In this document: in pieces, positions 44,473-54,699 of the stretch
Numbering within the stretch: the stretch's first letter is position 1
Layout: the number at the start of each line of letters is the position of its first letter
Source: a virus
DNA length: 64,000 nt
IMG/VR virus record: IMGVR_UViG_3300044940_000144
Location: 1-64,000 of that record
Strand: one strand, 5' to 3'
Notes under the pieces: model-generated
What the model saw: only the letters and a program-made list of their open reading frames with translations
Database searches by the model: none
Told to the model about the DNA's origin: nothing
Made by a program: the position numbers and the translations under genes

Positions 44473-45003
44473 CTATAGAAAGACGCGGGTTGCCGCCAGC
44501 ATGGCGTCCGTGCTCAGGTTGGCCCCCGAGATCGAGCCCGCGACCAAGGGGTCCGACCCCCCGGGCGCATGCTGGGATGCGTGGCTGGTCTGGCCGATCC
44601 CGGGTTCGGTCACAAGCGACGACAGCGATGACCCGTCCCAGTAGACCGTGGCCAGCTTGCGGTAGTGCGTGACAGACGGAACGCCAGGGTCCGCCACCTT
44701 GGTCAGCGAGAACGCCGGATCGACGTCAGAACTCGCGATCTGGGCGAAGATGCCGTACGTCCCCGGGCTATCGGACCCTGAAAACGACAGGGTCTTGTTC
44801 GCCTCGGCGGTGCGCATCTGGCCGTTGATGTTGATGACGCATGCGTCCTGGCCCGCACCGCACGCGAGCACGAAGTTCGTGGTCGTGATGGAGATGCTCT
44901 TGACCCGGATCAGGCCGATGTTCATCTCCTGCATCCGGTTGAGCCACGCGGCGACGACGGCGGTGACGCTATCGACGAAGGTCGTATGTACCGGAATCGC
45001 CAT
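44473..45003 (-). CDS. Minor tail protein
   Basis: AAWLN and HASQHAPGGSDP motifs. Confidence 0.6.
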   Translation of the reverse strand: MAIPVHTTFVDSVTAVVAAWLNRMQEMNIGLIRVKSISITTTNFVLACGAGQDACVININGQMRTAEANKTLSFSGSDSPGTYGIFAQIASSDVDPAFSLTKVADPGVPSVTHYRKLATVYWDGSSLSSLVTEPGIGQTSHASQHAPGGSDPLVAGSISGANLSTDAMLAATRVFL

Positions 45004-45012
45004 TTTCAGCTC

Positions 45013-48000
45013 CTAGAGAGAGTCCCCGGCCTTGGAGACACCGGCGATGAACGCCGACTGGTTGACCACGACCTGGATGCCCACCGGCTTGACGTCCCGG
45101 ATGAGCGCCTCGGCACGCTGCCGTGCCCCAGTATTCACCGACGGAAGCCGGATATCCACGCGGTATGCAGGATAGTTGTCCGTGACGGACAACCCGCCGA
45201 CGAGGTTTTTCAGCAGCGCAAAGAACGCCTCACGCGACCCGCCCCGCTGGCGGAATCTCGCCACCAGGTGATCGCGGCGCTGATCGAGCGGGAGCGAGGG
45301 GTTGGACGCGATCCCCATCTGCCGCTCCCAGATGGGCACCGACCACGTCGCGTTGTCCACGAACGTCTGGTACGCCGCATCCTCGGATGTCGCGACCAGG
45401 TCTCCAAGCATCTTCGCGATCGCCGTGTAGATGCCCCGGATCCGCATCCCGTCGCGCAGCACCGATGGGGACGTCACGCCGATCATGTGGTCCACAAGGT
45501 TGTTCGCCTCGTACGGCCACGTGTATCGGTTGTCGAGCACGATCTTGGCTGCGCCCGTATCGGCGCGCACCACACGAACCTGGATGCGGTAGTCATGCCC
45601 GCGCGCAAAAACCGCGTCATAGACGGCAAGCGTCTGCTCGCTCGGGGTCACCCCTGAGGCCGGGTGGTAGTGGAGAACCCCCAGTTCCCACCACCATGTG
45701 CCCGGCGTGTTCTGGCAATCGGCCAGAGACGTGGCGCGCTTGATGACCTGCGAGCGGTCCCAGAGGCGGATGACCGGACGCCACGCGGGGACGGTGTAGA
45801 CACCATTGCTGTACGCCCACCCCGACAATACCTCGGATGCCGACGACCACGGAGCAGGATGATCGCCGTGGACCCACAGCCAGAACTTCTTGCCCGCGAC
45901 GACCGGGCCATGACCGTCCGACCAATGGCCGTTCGCAGACGCCCGCCACTGGACCGCGCTCAGATCGGTGCCGTCGCGCTCGACGTATCCCGTGACCAGG
46001 ATGCGGCCATTGCCGATCGCGCCCATCCGGAACAGGTCGTCGACGCGCACCCCGGACGGCAACCGTGACTCATCTTCGACGAGGGTGACGACGATAGTCG
46101 AGTCGCCCTCAAGGCTGACCACGACCTGCTGAGGGATGTAATCGATGAGAGCATCGATCTGGCTTGAGCCGTTGACACCGGCGAACATCCCCAACCCGGA
46201 CTCATAAAGAGCGGCGACCTGCGCAGCGGACAACGCCGTGTCGAAGACGGCCGGATCCTGGACCTGCAACGGACCCCAGTTGGTAGGAGTACTTGATCCG
46301 TTGCTGACAAACCCCCACGAGGCGTTGGTCTTGAGCGTGATTCCGGGGTACGAGTCCGACGCCGCAACCTGAGTGCCGTTGACATACAGCCGCATCCACG
46401 TGCCGTCATACGTGCCGACGACATGGCGCCAGACGGAATCGTTATGGGTAATGACGCCCCCGACGCTGCGCATCGTCGAGCTCATGTCGGTGACCCCGAA
46501 AAAGATCTGCCCCGAGCTGGTCGTGTGGATGATCCACCCTCCGGCCGACCCCCACCCGTTGTGCACCAGGTTGAACCATGACTTGTGGACGCTGGCCCGG
46601 AACCAGCACGAGACGCTCACCTGGCTCGTCGAGGCGCCGACGGGGTTCGCCGACAGCGAGGCACGTGGCTGGCTGGTCATCGTCGCCCGCATGACGCCGA
46701 AGGCGTCGCGGTCGCCGAACCCCTTGTCAGAGATCTCCTGGCGGGCGTATGCCGACAGCGATGCGACCTCAGACTCGGTCAGCACACCAGACCAGATGCC
46801 GACATGGCCCATGTCGCCGCGGAAGTACCGCGCCGATCCGGTATATGCGCGCCCGATGCGCGTGAGCGCGTTCCACCCGGTGAAGTTCGGCGCCGCACTG
46901 AGCGTGCCCGTACAGCGCAGGATGCCGTCGACGTAGATCTTCACGTTGCCGGAGCCGGTCGTCATCGTCACGATCACGACGCTCGTTCGCCCGGCCGTGA
47001 TCCCGGCGCCGGATGTCTGAAAGCTGTGGTTGCCGCTGGAGGTCCTGACAATCAGGACCACCTCGCCGCTTGGCTGAAGCGAGACATGGAACTCGTTCTC
47101 GTCTCCGAACCCGTCCCCGGCCGCCGTCTGGCCGCACCAGATCAGGTGCTTGGCGTCGTCAAGCAGCGTCGGCCGCACGACGGCCATAAACGACATAGTC
47201 GCCGACACCAGAAGCTCGTTGCGCTCCAGGTATTGGTCGTCGGTGTCAGGGAACTTGGTCGAGATATAGCCCGGGACGACGCTCTGGTCTCCCTGGACCG
47301 ATGTCACCGCCCATGTGCCGTGCTTGCCGTTGCCCGATGAGTCGGTCGCGGTAGTCGAGCCGACCGAGTTCATGCGCCAGATGGCGACCTTGTTGTTGGT
47401 GCTGGCGACTGCTGACTCAAGCGACGACGCGCTCGTGCCGACGTAGGTGATCTGATTGGCGTTTTTGACCGCCAGGTCCGGATCGGTGCCTGAGTGAACA
47501 GGATTGCGCGGGCGCCAGAACCCGACCGGCTTGTACTTGATGACCTGGTGCCAGTAAGGGTCGCGCATCGCGTAGTAGTGCGCAGCCACGCGATCCGGGG
47601 TGAGCGCGTAGTCGTAGACGGCGACCTCGGTCATGTGGCGGGTGACACCGGATTCGCTCGTGTAGCCCGCCCGGAGATTGGTCTGAGTCCCGCAGAACGG
47701 GTCGGGATCGGCATAGCTGAGCGTCCCAGAGATCGCGCCATCCCAGTAGACCCGGGCAGTGACCCCGTCGTACGTCGCCACGATGTGGTGCCAGTAGCCG
47801 TCGTTCCAGCCCACCGATGGGGTCTGGCACGTCTTATGGCCTCCGGGAACGTGGTTCCACATGAACTTGATGATCCCGGCGGGGTCGGCAAACAACGCCC
47901 AGCCACCGGCCATCTGATACCACTTTAGGCTCACCAGCTCGATGCCGTTGGACGGGTAGGCGCCGACATAGCGCAGCCAGCACTCGACCGACATCGCCGT

Positions 48001-48291
48001 CACCGGTCCGGCAAAGCTTTGGGATCGCCAGACGATCGACTCGTACTGGTCCGAGTGCGAGGCGGCGGCAAAACGAGCATCAGCCGGGTCGGGGGGCGGG
48101 GATGCGACCGTCGTCGGGGAGTGGGTCCCGTCGTGCCCATGCCCGGAGACATCGGGCTCGGTGGTGTTGCTGCCGGGATTGGTCATCCGCCACCACACAA
48201 TCGGGGCGTCATCCAGAACCGCATCCTGGTAGGCGCTCGGGGTGGGCGGGGGGAACCCGGAAAGCCCAAGGAGGAACGTCATCCTCCACAC
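45013..48291 (-). CDS. Baseplate/receptor-binding protein: three LamG domains plus C-terminal YmfQ/DUF2313-like domain
   Basis: WHHIVATYDG..YWDG and WRHVVGTYDG..YVNG; ATWSVPIWE..I..DQRR..VKP. Confidence 0.8.
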   Translation of the reverse strand: MWRMTFLLGLSGFPPPTPSAYQDAVLDDAPIVWWRMTNPGSNTTEPDVSGHGHDGTHSPTTVASPPPDPADARFAAASHSDQYESIVWRSQSFAGPVTAMSVECWLRYVGAYPSNGIELVSLKWYQMAGGWALFADPAGIIKFMWNHVPGGHKTCQTPSVGWNDGYWHHIVATYDGVTARVYWDGAISGTLSYADPDPFCGTQTNLRAGYTSESGVTRHMTEVAVYDYALTPDRVAAHYYAMRDPYWHQVIKYKPVGFWRPRNPVHSGTDPDLAVKNANQITYVGTSASSLESAVASTNNKVAIWRMNSVGSTTATDSSGNGKHGTWAVTSVQGDQSVVPGYISTKFPDTDDQYLERNELLVSATMSFMAVVRPTLLDDAKHLIWCGQTAAGDGFGDENEFHVSLQPSGEVVLIVRTSSGNHSFQTSGAGITAGRTSVVIVTMTTGSGNVKIYVDGILRCTGTLSAAPNFTGWNALTRIGRAYTGSARYFRGDMGHVGIWSGVLTESEVASLSAYARQEISDKGFGDRDAFGVMRATMTSQPRASLSANPVGASTSQVSVSCWFRASVHKSWFNLVHNGWGSAGGWIIHTTSSGQIFFGVTDMSSTMRSVGGVITHNDSVWRHVVGTYDGTWMRLYVNGTQVAASDSYPGITLKTNASWGFVSNGSSTPTNWGPLQVQDPAVFDTALSAAQVAALYESGLGMFAGVNGSSQIDALIDYIPQQVVVSLEGDSTIVVTLVEDESRLPSGVRVDDLFRMGAIGNGRILVTGYVERDGTDLSAVQWRASANGHWSDGHGPVVAGKKFWLWVHGDHPAPWSSASEVLSGWAYSNGVYTVPAWRPVIRLWDRSQVIKRATSLADCQNTPGTWWWELGVLHYHPASGVTPSEQTLAVYDAVFARGHDYRIQVRVVRADTGAAKIVLDNRYTWPYEANNLVDHMIGVTSPSVLRDGMRIRGIYTAIAKMLGDLVATSEDAAYQTFVDNATWSVPIWERQMGIASNPSLPLDQRRDHLVARFRQRGGSREAFFALLKNLVGGLSVTDNYPAYRVDIRLPSVNTGARQRAEALIRDVKPVGIQVVVNQSAFIAGVSKAGDSL

Positions 48292-48920
48292 CCCCGCAGG
48301 AGCAATCCTGAGCGCTTTTGCCTGCGGACCTCAAAGGTGTCAACGCGCACGACGTTTCCCTCGGTGACGATCCAGACCCGGCCACCGCCCGAGTAGGTGC
48401 TGTCACTGACGTTGGACCCGACCTGGGTCCAGGTTCTATTCGACGTGCCGTAAAACATCTGGATGGTCGACCCGGTGCGTCGCACGCCGAAATACTCACC
48501 GGCCACGAACTCACGGTAGCCGGTCACCAGCGATGTGTAGGAGTCATCGACCACGCGATAGGTGCGCCACGTGTCATCCGACGTCGACATGTACTGCATC
48601 CGGATCGCATACCCATCCGGCCCCGACGTTCCCATCTGCTGGCCGCAGATCCCGATGTAGACCGAATGGCCATGGTTCGACGGCAGCGTTGCTATCCTGA
48701 GGATCACGTCGATGTCGTTCGGGAACGACCGCAGCGTGTACGCGGACGAGAACGCACTCGGGCCGGACCCGGTGACCTTGTTGGACACGACCTGGCAGAT
48801 CGGATCACCGGCGGCATAGGGCGCGCCCCAGTTGGATGCGCCGACGGTGTTCAGAGCACCGTCGGCGTAGGCGAACCCGTCGGAGAAAAGAATGTCCCCG
48901 GTGCCGAAGGCAACCGCCAC
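48279..48920 (-). CDS. Minor tail protein (lectin-like fold)
   Basis: FSDGF..DSTYSGGG.V. Confidence 0.55.
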   Translation of the reverse strand: MAVAFGTGDILFSDGFAYADGALNTVGASNWGAPYAAGDPICQVVSNKVTGSGPSAFSSAYTLRSFPNDIDVILRIATLPSNHGHSVYIGICGQQMGTSGPDGYAIRMQYMSTSDDTWRTYRVVDDSYTSLVTGYREFVAGEYFGVRRTGSTIQMFYGTSNRTWTQVGSNVSDSTYSGGGRVWIVTEGNVVRVDTFEVRRQKRSGLLLRGCGG

Positions 48921-48928
48921 GACGGCCC

Positions 48929-49786
48929 CTACTTGTAAGACAGGTTGAGGATCACATCACCGGCGGCGACGCTGGTGTTGTCACTGGTCTCGTACGATCC
49001 GACGATGGCGAACGCGATCCCCGTCGAGAAACGCAACCCCGGCTCCAGTGGCACGACGACGCCACCCGAGGGCGGCACCGGGATGTTGTGGACAAGAAGC
49101 GAGCTGTCGCTTGCCGGAGACGGGGCTGAAGCCTTGTTGTAGAGCTTGACGTACTTCTCGGACGATGACCGGTTATAGGCGTAGATGTGCGTGACCACGC
49201 CCGCCGAGGCCTTGACAGAGGTGGCGTTGTTGGTGGCGGCCGAGACAAGCGTGTACGGGGTCACCCCCTGGGCGGGGTCGACGATCTTCGACACCCATAG
49301 GGCGCCAGACGAGTTCGTCGCAAAAGGCGAGTAGTCGGAGTCGGATCCCGCACGCTGAGTCGGAGTGTCAGTGCGCACCGCCAGCGCGAACACCCCCGTA
49401 TCGCCGGAAGCATGGACCGCGTCCTCGGCCTTGCCCAGGTGCGTTGCCGATGTCCCCGGCACGATGGAGGTCCCGATCGTCGAGACCGCAAGCGTCGGCG
49501 TGGTCACGTCAACGCGCAGCGACCCGGACGAGTTGACTTGCAGGACCGAGATGTCGCCGTCGGTGCCCGCCAGTGCCGTCCCTGTATCCTTGCGGATCGC
49601 ACCGATCATCAGCGCCGGGAGCGTCGTCAGCGCAGGCGCGACGGCATCATTGATGCGCACCGCCTCGACCGAGCCGTCACCAAGCGTCACGAACTGGACG
49701 TGACCTGATGCGCCCTTGTCCGCGGTGGCGATGATCGTCGCGTTGGCCGGTCCTGCCGGAGAGGTGCTGGTAAGTGTGATCGGCAT
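48929..49786 (-). CDS. Minor tail protein
   Basis: Internal repeat (DGD.S.L..NSSG.L.V); C-terminal YVKLYN..FSTGI. Confidence 0.6.
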   Translation of the reverse strand: MPITLTSTSPAGPANATIIATADKGASGHVQFVTLGDGSVEAVRINDAVAPALTTLPALMIGAIRKDTGTALAGTDGDISVLQVNSSGSLRVDVTTPTLAVSTIGTSIVPGTSATHLGKAEDAVHASGDTGVFALAVRTDTPTQRAGSDSDYSPFATNSSGALWVSKIVDPAQGVTPYTLVSAATNNATSVKASAGVVTHIYAYNRSSSEKYVKLYNKASAPSPASDSSLLVHNIPVPPSGGVVVPLEPGLRFSTGIAFAIVGSYETSDNTSVAAGDVILNLSYK

Positions 49787-49788
49787 GT

Positions 49789-50196
49789 TTACGCCTCAGT
49801 GTGTGAGAAAAAGCCAGCGGGGATCTTCAGGGGGACGTTGCTGTAAGTCTGGATCGGGCTCGCTAGCTGAGCCGTCGCCCGGCAGTTGCCGCCGGTCGAT
49901 GCGTCCCACACCGACACGTGGGTCACAAGACCCCAGTCGCCGCCGGTCGGAGTGGAGAACGCAATGTCGATTTTGCTGGTGATGACGTTTCCCGAACGCT
50001 GCCATGTCACCGATGAGTTCGTGACCGACTTGCGCACGTATCCGTTCACCGACGCGCACTCGTTGGCGGTTCCGTCCGGTCCCGGAGGTCCCGTGTGCAG
50101 GGCCAAATAGACGGTCCCGGGCACGCTGGGTGTTGCCAGCCCGTACTCGTAGTCGAGCATCCTCCCACCCAGGTATGCCGTCTTTGATCCCGCCAT
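49789..50196 (-). CDS. Tail-associated structural protein
   Basis: YLALHTG.P..WG.VTH..WDA.TGGN. Confidence 0.7.
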   Translation of the reverse strand: MAGSKTAYLGGRMLDYEYGLATPSVPGTVYLALHTGPPGPDGTANECASVNGYVRKSVTNSSVTWQRSGNVITSKIDIAFSTPTGGDWGLVTHVSVWDASTGGNCRATAQLASPIQTYSNVPLKIPAGFFSHTEA

Positions 50197-50206
50197 CGAA
50201 TCGCTC

Positions 50207-51820
50207 CTAGTTCAGCGTAAGGGTACCGAGCACGGGCCTTTGGTCGGGGCCCAGCACGATGTTCGAGGCCGACAGGTTCATGGTCACCGACGAGTAGCTC
50301 ACGACACCAGGGGTGTCGTGGATCAGGTTGGCGATGTCGGTCAGGTAGATGACCTGGCCAGGGGCCGTCGTCCTGAAGAAGTCCTGGATCGCCTGGGAGA
50401 TGTACGGCTCGACGTCGGCGTTGGTGACCCCGGTCTGAAGCACCAGCGATGCCGCGACGTTGATCGCCAGAGCCCGGGCCGAGCGCACCGTGATCTGAAC
50501 GCCCAACGGGGCCAGGCCACCGCTGAACCCACCCTTGTCGCGGGCGATGCGCAGCCCGTCGAACACCATGACCGCGGTGCCGCTGGCGGACGCCTTCAGC
50601 CGGATCGTGATCCCGGCGACGGCCCCCCAGGAGAACGTGCCGGTGCCGTTGGTAATCACGAAGTCCGAGCGCTTGACCTTCAGGTGGGCGCGGCTGGTGA
50701 CGTTCGCCATGCCGTTGATGTTCGCCTCGGGGATCGTCGCCTCGGCCTTGGCGACGCTCGCGCCACCGGCGGCGTAGAACTGAATGACCAGCGCATCGAC
50801 CGAGGCGAGGGTGTTGGACGCCGACTCACGACGCACGAACAACCAGATCTCATCGTCGTTGTCGTCCCACGGCGCCAGGTTCAGCGGAACATCGAGGCTC
50901 ATCGATGCAATGCTCGACGTCGTCGCCGTCAGGCGACGCGACCCCTGCCCCTCCAAGGGGGTGTCCGCCACGTACTCCCCGCCGACCCAGTTCTCGATGC
51001 CCTCGAAGTGGGCCAGGCACATGACCGATGGGTCGAACTGGGACTGCAGCAGATCGACCGTCTGCGTCTGGCACCACGGCAGGGCGGCATTGCCGACGAC
51101 CACCAGACCGGTGCCGTTGCCGTCCCACAGGTCGTCTACACCGACCACGCCGACGTCGGAGTTCTGCATGGCGAGGGTCTTGTACGTGTTGGCGTTGCCG
51201 GACTCGGGAAACACGCTCGCCCGCTGGATGGCCGCACGGCGCAGCCCCTCGTCGTCCTGCTCGTCGATGCCACCGGACGCCGCCGACTCGTTGGTGACGC
51301 TCACCACACCACTGGGAGCGTCCACGATGATCGTGACCGACCCGGCGGGGACATTACCGGCAGAACCCTCGACAGTCGCCACCGCACGCACCTGGACCAT
51401 GCCAGCGGCCAGGATCGTCGCCTCGGACTGGGTCACGAAACCGACGCCCGCAGAGCCGGTGACCGGATTCCCCTCGGTGGCGAACTGGGAGCCGACCGGC
51501 ACGACCGTGCCCTCGGCACCGGATATGGTCAGCGTCACCTCGGCACGGGTGGCGCCTCCGCGGGTGATACCCAGCTCGGCGGACCGCAGTTCGAGCAGGT
51601 CACCTTCCGCGTACTGAAGGAACGTCCCGAGTGCCGCCTCGCGGATATAGGCGACCAGCCGACGGCGCTCGATCACGAACGGCATCAGGATCCCGTGCAG
51701 CACCGAGCCCTCACGGGTGTTCCATGTCTCCCCACCGGCCAACGGCGGGAGGTCCGCGACCATCCGCGCGTAGACCTCTTCGTCGCTTTCCAGCGGCAGA
51801 AGGTTGTCGATATCAGCCAC
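50207..51820 (-). CDS. Baseplate J/gp47 protein
   Basis: REGS, AEG..L, GSAGNVPAG, GGIDEQDDEGLR, PGV. Confidence 0.9.
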   Translation of the reverse strand: MADIDNLLPLESDEEVYARMVADLPPLAGGETWNTREGSVLHGILMPFVIERRRLVAYIREAALGTFLQYAEGDLLELRSAELGITRGGATRAEVTLTISGAEGTVVPVGSQFATEGNPVTGSAGVGFVTQSEATILAAGMVQVRAVATVEGSAGNVPAGSVTIIVDAPSGVVSVTNESAASGGIDEQDDEGLRRAAIQRASVFPESGNANTYKTLAMQNSDVGVVGVDDLWDGNGTGLVVVGNAALPWCQTQTVDLLQSQFDPSVMCLAHFEGIENWVGGEYVADTPLEGQGSRRLTATTSSIASMSLDVPLNLAPWDDNDDEIWLFVRRESASNTLASVDALVIQFYAAGGASVAKAEATIPEANINGMANVTSRAHLKVKRSDFVITNGTGTFSWGAVAGITIRLKASASGTAVMVFDGLRIARDKGGFSGGLAPLGVQITVRSARALAINVAASLVLQTGVTNADVEPYISQAIQDFFRTTAPGQVIYLTDIANLIHDTPGVVSYSSVTMNLSASNIVLGPDQRPVLGTLTLN

Positions 51821-52298
51821 CCACGACCCCCTGCAGAGCGATCCGGGCAGAATCGTCCAGGACGGGAACTGCAAAAAAGAACACCGGATCGCCGGTGTCC
51901 TCCGGGGGCATCACCTGGACCTCGGACACCCCGACGATGCGATCATGACGCAAAAGCGTCTCCCGCAGCATCGCCTCGATCTGGGTGGCAAGGGCCGAGC
52001 TCGGGAATCCGGACCCGATCAACACGTTCATGTCGGAGCCGAAATCCGGCGAGTAGCATAGATCCGCACCGCGAATGGTGTTCATGGCGATCGTCAGCCA
52101 CGACACGAGCGCAGCCTGCTCGGTGGAGATCTCCAGATCGCCGTCCGGGCCGAGGACCAGGTCGTTCGTCAGCGGGTCATACCCCAGGTCGTGACCGAGG
52201 GGGGTCTGCTGATCGACGACCGATGCCGCGTCCTCTGCTTTCGGATTGAGCAGAGGGACCGTCAGGCCGAAGTCCTCGAAGCGCGGCAGCACCCCCAT
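51813..52298 (-). CDS. Baseplate wedge gp25/XkdS-like protein
   Basis: YSPDFGS..ETLLRHDRIVGV. Confidence 0.8.
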   Translation of the reverse strand: MGVLPRFEDFGLTVPLLNPKAEDAASVVDQQTPLGHDLGYDPLTNDLVLGPDGDLEISTEQAALVSWLTIAMNTIRGADLCYSPDFGSDMNVLIGSGFPSSALATQIEAMLRETLLRHDRIVGVSEVQVMPPEDTGDPVFFFAVPVLDDSARIALQGVVGG

Positions 52299-52580
52299 CT
52301 AACCCATCTCCACGGGGGCGATGAACCACTCTCCGCTAGACACAGACACGACGATCACCATGTCTCCGACCTCTGGCACATACTTCGGATCGCGCAGTAT
52401 GTGCGGCGCCGACACGTCTATGTTAGATGCCGGGATCGTCACCGTCAGCGGCACAAGGTCGGTTACCTCGCCGCGCTCGACGTAGACGCCCTCGCGCCTT
52501 TGGATGCCACGCGCGCGAGCGTCCATCGCCGCGATCACCGCCGACGCGAATCGGTCCTCCGGCCTTCTACCCGATGCCAA
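52299..52580 (-). CDS. Putative baseplate spike (XkdR-like)
   Basis: GEVT..PL..PEVGDMV; position. Confidence 0.6.
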   Translation of the reverse strand: MASGRRPEDRFASAVIAAMDARARGIQRREGVYVERGEVTDLVPLTVTIPASNIDVSAPHILRDPKYVPEVGDMVIVVSVSSGEWFIAPVEMG

Positions 52581-54693
52581 GGAGACTCCTGGCCCGCGAG
52601 TACTGGGCAGCGTACTGGGATCCCGTCGGATTGGCCGACTTCTCGATGTCCTGGATCCAGCCCGGATAGCCGGACGGTCCCTTGGACGCCCAGCGCGACT
52701 TGATCTTGTTGGCCTCGCCGATGAACCACTCGATCTGAAGCTGAGGACGCCGCCGCATCTGCTCCCAGTCATATCCGTTGCTACGGGCCCGGCTTGGGTG
52801 AATCGAGAAGAATCCCATCGCCAGGTCATCATAGGAGGGACCCCCGTCGGGGTACGGAGCGTGGTTTTTGAGCCCTGACTCGGCCAGCGCCGCCATCACC
52901 GGAAGCTCGGGCGGAAGGCCGTATTTCTGCGCAGCCGCGCCCATCCAGCGCGCGATTGCCTGAGGGCCCGCATTGTCGCCGGGGTACGACGATGAGCCGA
53001 CGATGTCGGCGGTCACACCCGACCCAAAGCGACCACCAGACGAGTCGATGTTGCTGATCTGCCCGGGGGCAAAGACCCACTCGTCCGGCGGGACACCCGC
53101 CGAACCGCCCAACGGCGCGATCCGGATGGCCCTCGTCCGGGTGGGACGCGACGATGGCGCTCGTGCCGTCGCCGATTCCGAGATCGTCAGATGGACGTGA
53201 TCCGAGTGCCCGCCGATGGGGCCGATCGAGATTCCGTTCTTCCAGCCCCCGAGGGGGTCGTAGTAGACCTCGGTGAACTGGTCGAGGTGCTGAGACGCCC
53301 ACCTGGCAAGCGCCATCATCGCGCTGGCCGACCCGCTCAAGTCGGCCGCCCGCCCCCACTGCATGTGGTACGAGTTCGCCGATCCCCCGACCGCAGCGTT
53401 CTGTGACGGACTGCGGAAAGTGGACGTCACCGTCAGGCCGAAGCGCTTGGCGAGCTCATAGGCCCACGAGTAGTCGCCCGTGTATGTCACGCCCGACGAC
53501 GTCGGGCCCGAGCGCGCCACGACGGTCTCGCCTGCTGAAGACACCTGCTCGGGCTTGAGCTCGTCGCTGGACAGCTCCGCCTCGGGGAACTGGGCGACAC
53601 GGTCCAGCTCGACGTGCATCGAGTGGGTTCCTGCGGAGATCGTATGCGAGACACTGGTCACGAAAAACGTGCCCCGCAGACGCGACCCGGACTCCTCGAT
53701 GTAGACCGAGTCGGCGGCCCGCATGAACGGGATGCCCTCGGCCTCGACCGTGATGGTCCGCTTGAGGTCGCCCCGCTTGACAAGCTCCTGGCGGATGGCG
53801 CGCTCAAGTGCCGCCGCAGATGTCCTCGGAGCGGTCATGACGTTCTTGCGCAGCCTGCCATAGCGCCGCACGTCGCCCGACACGACCCGCACCCGCCGGA
53901 CCTCACGGCCGTTGCCGGAGACCCCGACACCCAGAACGTCGGTGACCTTGCCGTCCAGCGATTCCTCCCACTGGAGCGACATCAGATTCGACCCTTCCTT
54001 GATCACCCAGGTCATATTGGTCTGGACGGCGGGGGAGATGACGATCTTGTCAAGATCGACCATCGAGCCACGCGCCGGATCGAATCTGCCCGCCCGGATG
54101 CGATAGCGCACCCCCGAGACAGCCTTGTCGGCCATCAAGGCCTTTACGATCGCCTCGTATGGCGTGCTTGAGCGCAGCATCAGGTACGGGATGCGATAGC
54201 GCGTCGGGGTGACCCTGGCGTCGATCTCCAGGTCGAACAGGATCGTCTCGGCGATCTCGGAGGCCAGCCAGCCGCGCGGGTGGGACTTGGTCTTGCGAAA
54301 AAAATAGTCCGCCTCTCCCTCGCGCTGGAGAAACGACGATACATCGAACACGGTTACGTTGACCGTGTTCGCATACCTGTCGGTGAAGGCGCGACCCCAG
54401 ACATAGAGCATCGGGCAGATGTGCCCCCAGCGCTTGGTCTCGGGATCCTGCATCGACACATCAAGCCATGTCCCGGGAGCCAGCACCTTGTGCGCCAGAT
54501 CAGCCGAGTTGTCGAGCGTCAGCGAGCCCTCGATGGCAGCCTTGTCGGCCTGCTCGGACCAGGAGATCGTGACGACCAGCTCGGAGATGTCGACCGCGTC
54601 GGATTCGAACGGGTAGGCGACCACCCGGACCGCGCGCAGGTCGGGGAAGTCCCCCGCCGCCGGAGTCGTCACAGCCCGTGGTCTCGTCGGCAC
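52567..54693 (-). CDS. Baseplate hub (XkdQ-like) fused to M15-like peptidase and lysozyme-like domains
   Basis: Hub fold ending VTSVSHT; TSTFRS..SYH..AAD..HSDHVH; PELPVMAALAESGL. Confidence 0.8.
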   Translation of the reverse strand: MPTRPRAVTTPAAGDFPDLRAVRVVAYPFESDAVDISELVVTISWSEQADKAAIEGSLTLDNSADLAHKVLAPGTWLDVSMQDPETKRWGHICPMLYVWGRAFTDRYANTVNVTVFDVSSFLQREGEADYFFRKTKSHPRGWLASEIAETILFDLEIDARVTPTRYRIPYLMLRSSTPYEAIVKALMADKAVSGVRYRIRAGRFDPARGSMVDLDKIVISPAVQTNMTWVIKEGSNLMSLQWEESLDGKVTDVLGVGVSGNGREVRRVRVVSGDVRRYGRLRKNVMTAPRTSAAALERAIRQELVKRGDLKRTITVEAEGIPFMRAADSVYIEESGSRLRGTFFVTSVSHTISAGTHSMHVELDRVAQFPEAELSSDELKPEQVSSAGETVVARSGPTSSGVTYTGDYSWAYELAKRFGLTVTSTFRSPSQNAAVGGSANSYHMQWGRAADLSGSASAMMALARWASQHLDQFTEVYYDPLGGWKNGISIGPIGGHSDHVHLTISESATARAPSSRPTRTRAIRIAPLGGSAGVPPDEWVFAPGQISNIDSSGGRFGSGVTADIVGSSSYPGDNAGPQAIARWMGAAAQKYGLPPELPVMAALAESGLKNHAPYPDGGPSYDDLAMGFFSIHPSRARSNGYDWEQMRRRPQLQIEWFIGEANKIKSRWASKGPSGYPGWIQDIEKSANPTGSQYAAQYSRARSLLGIG

Positions 54694-54699
54694 GTTTTC

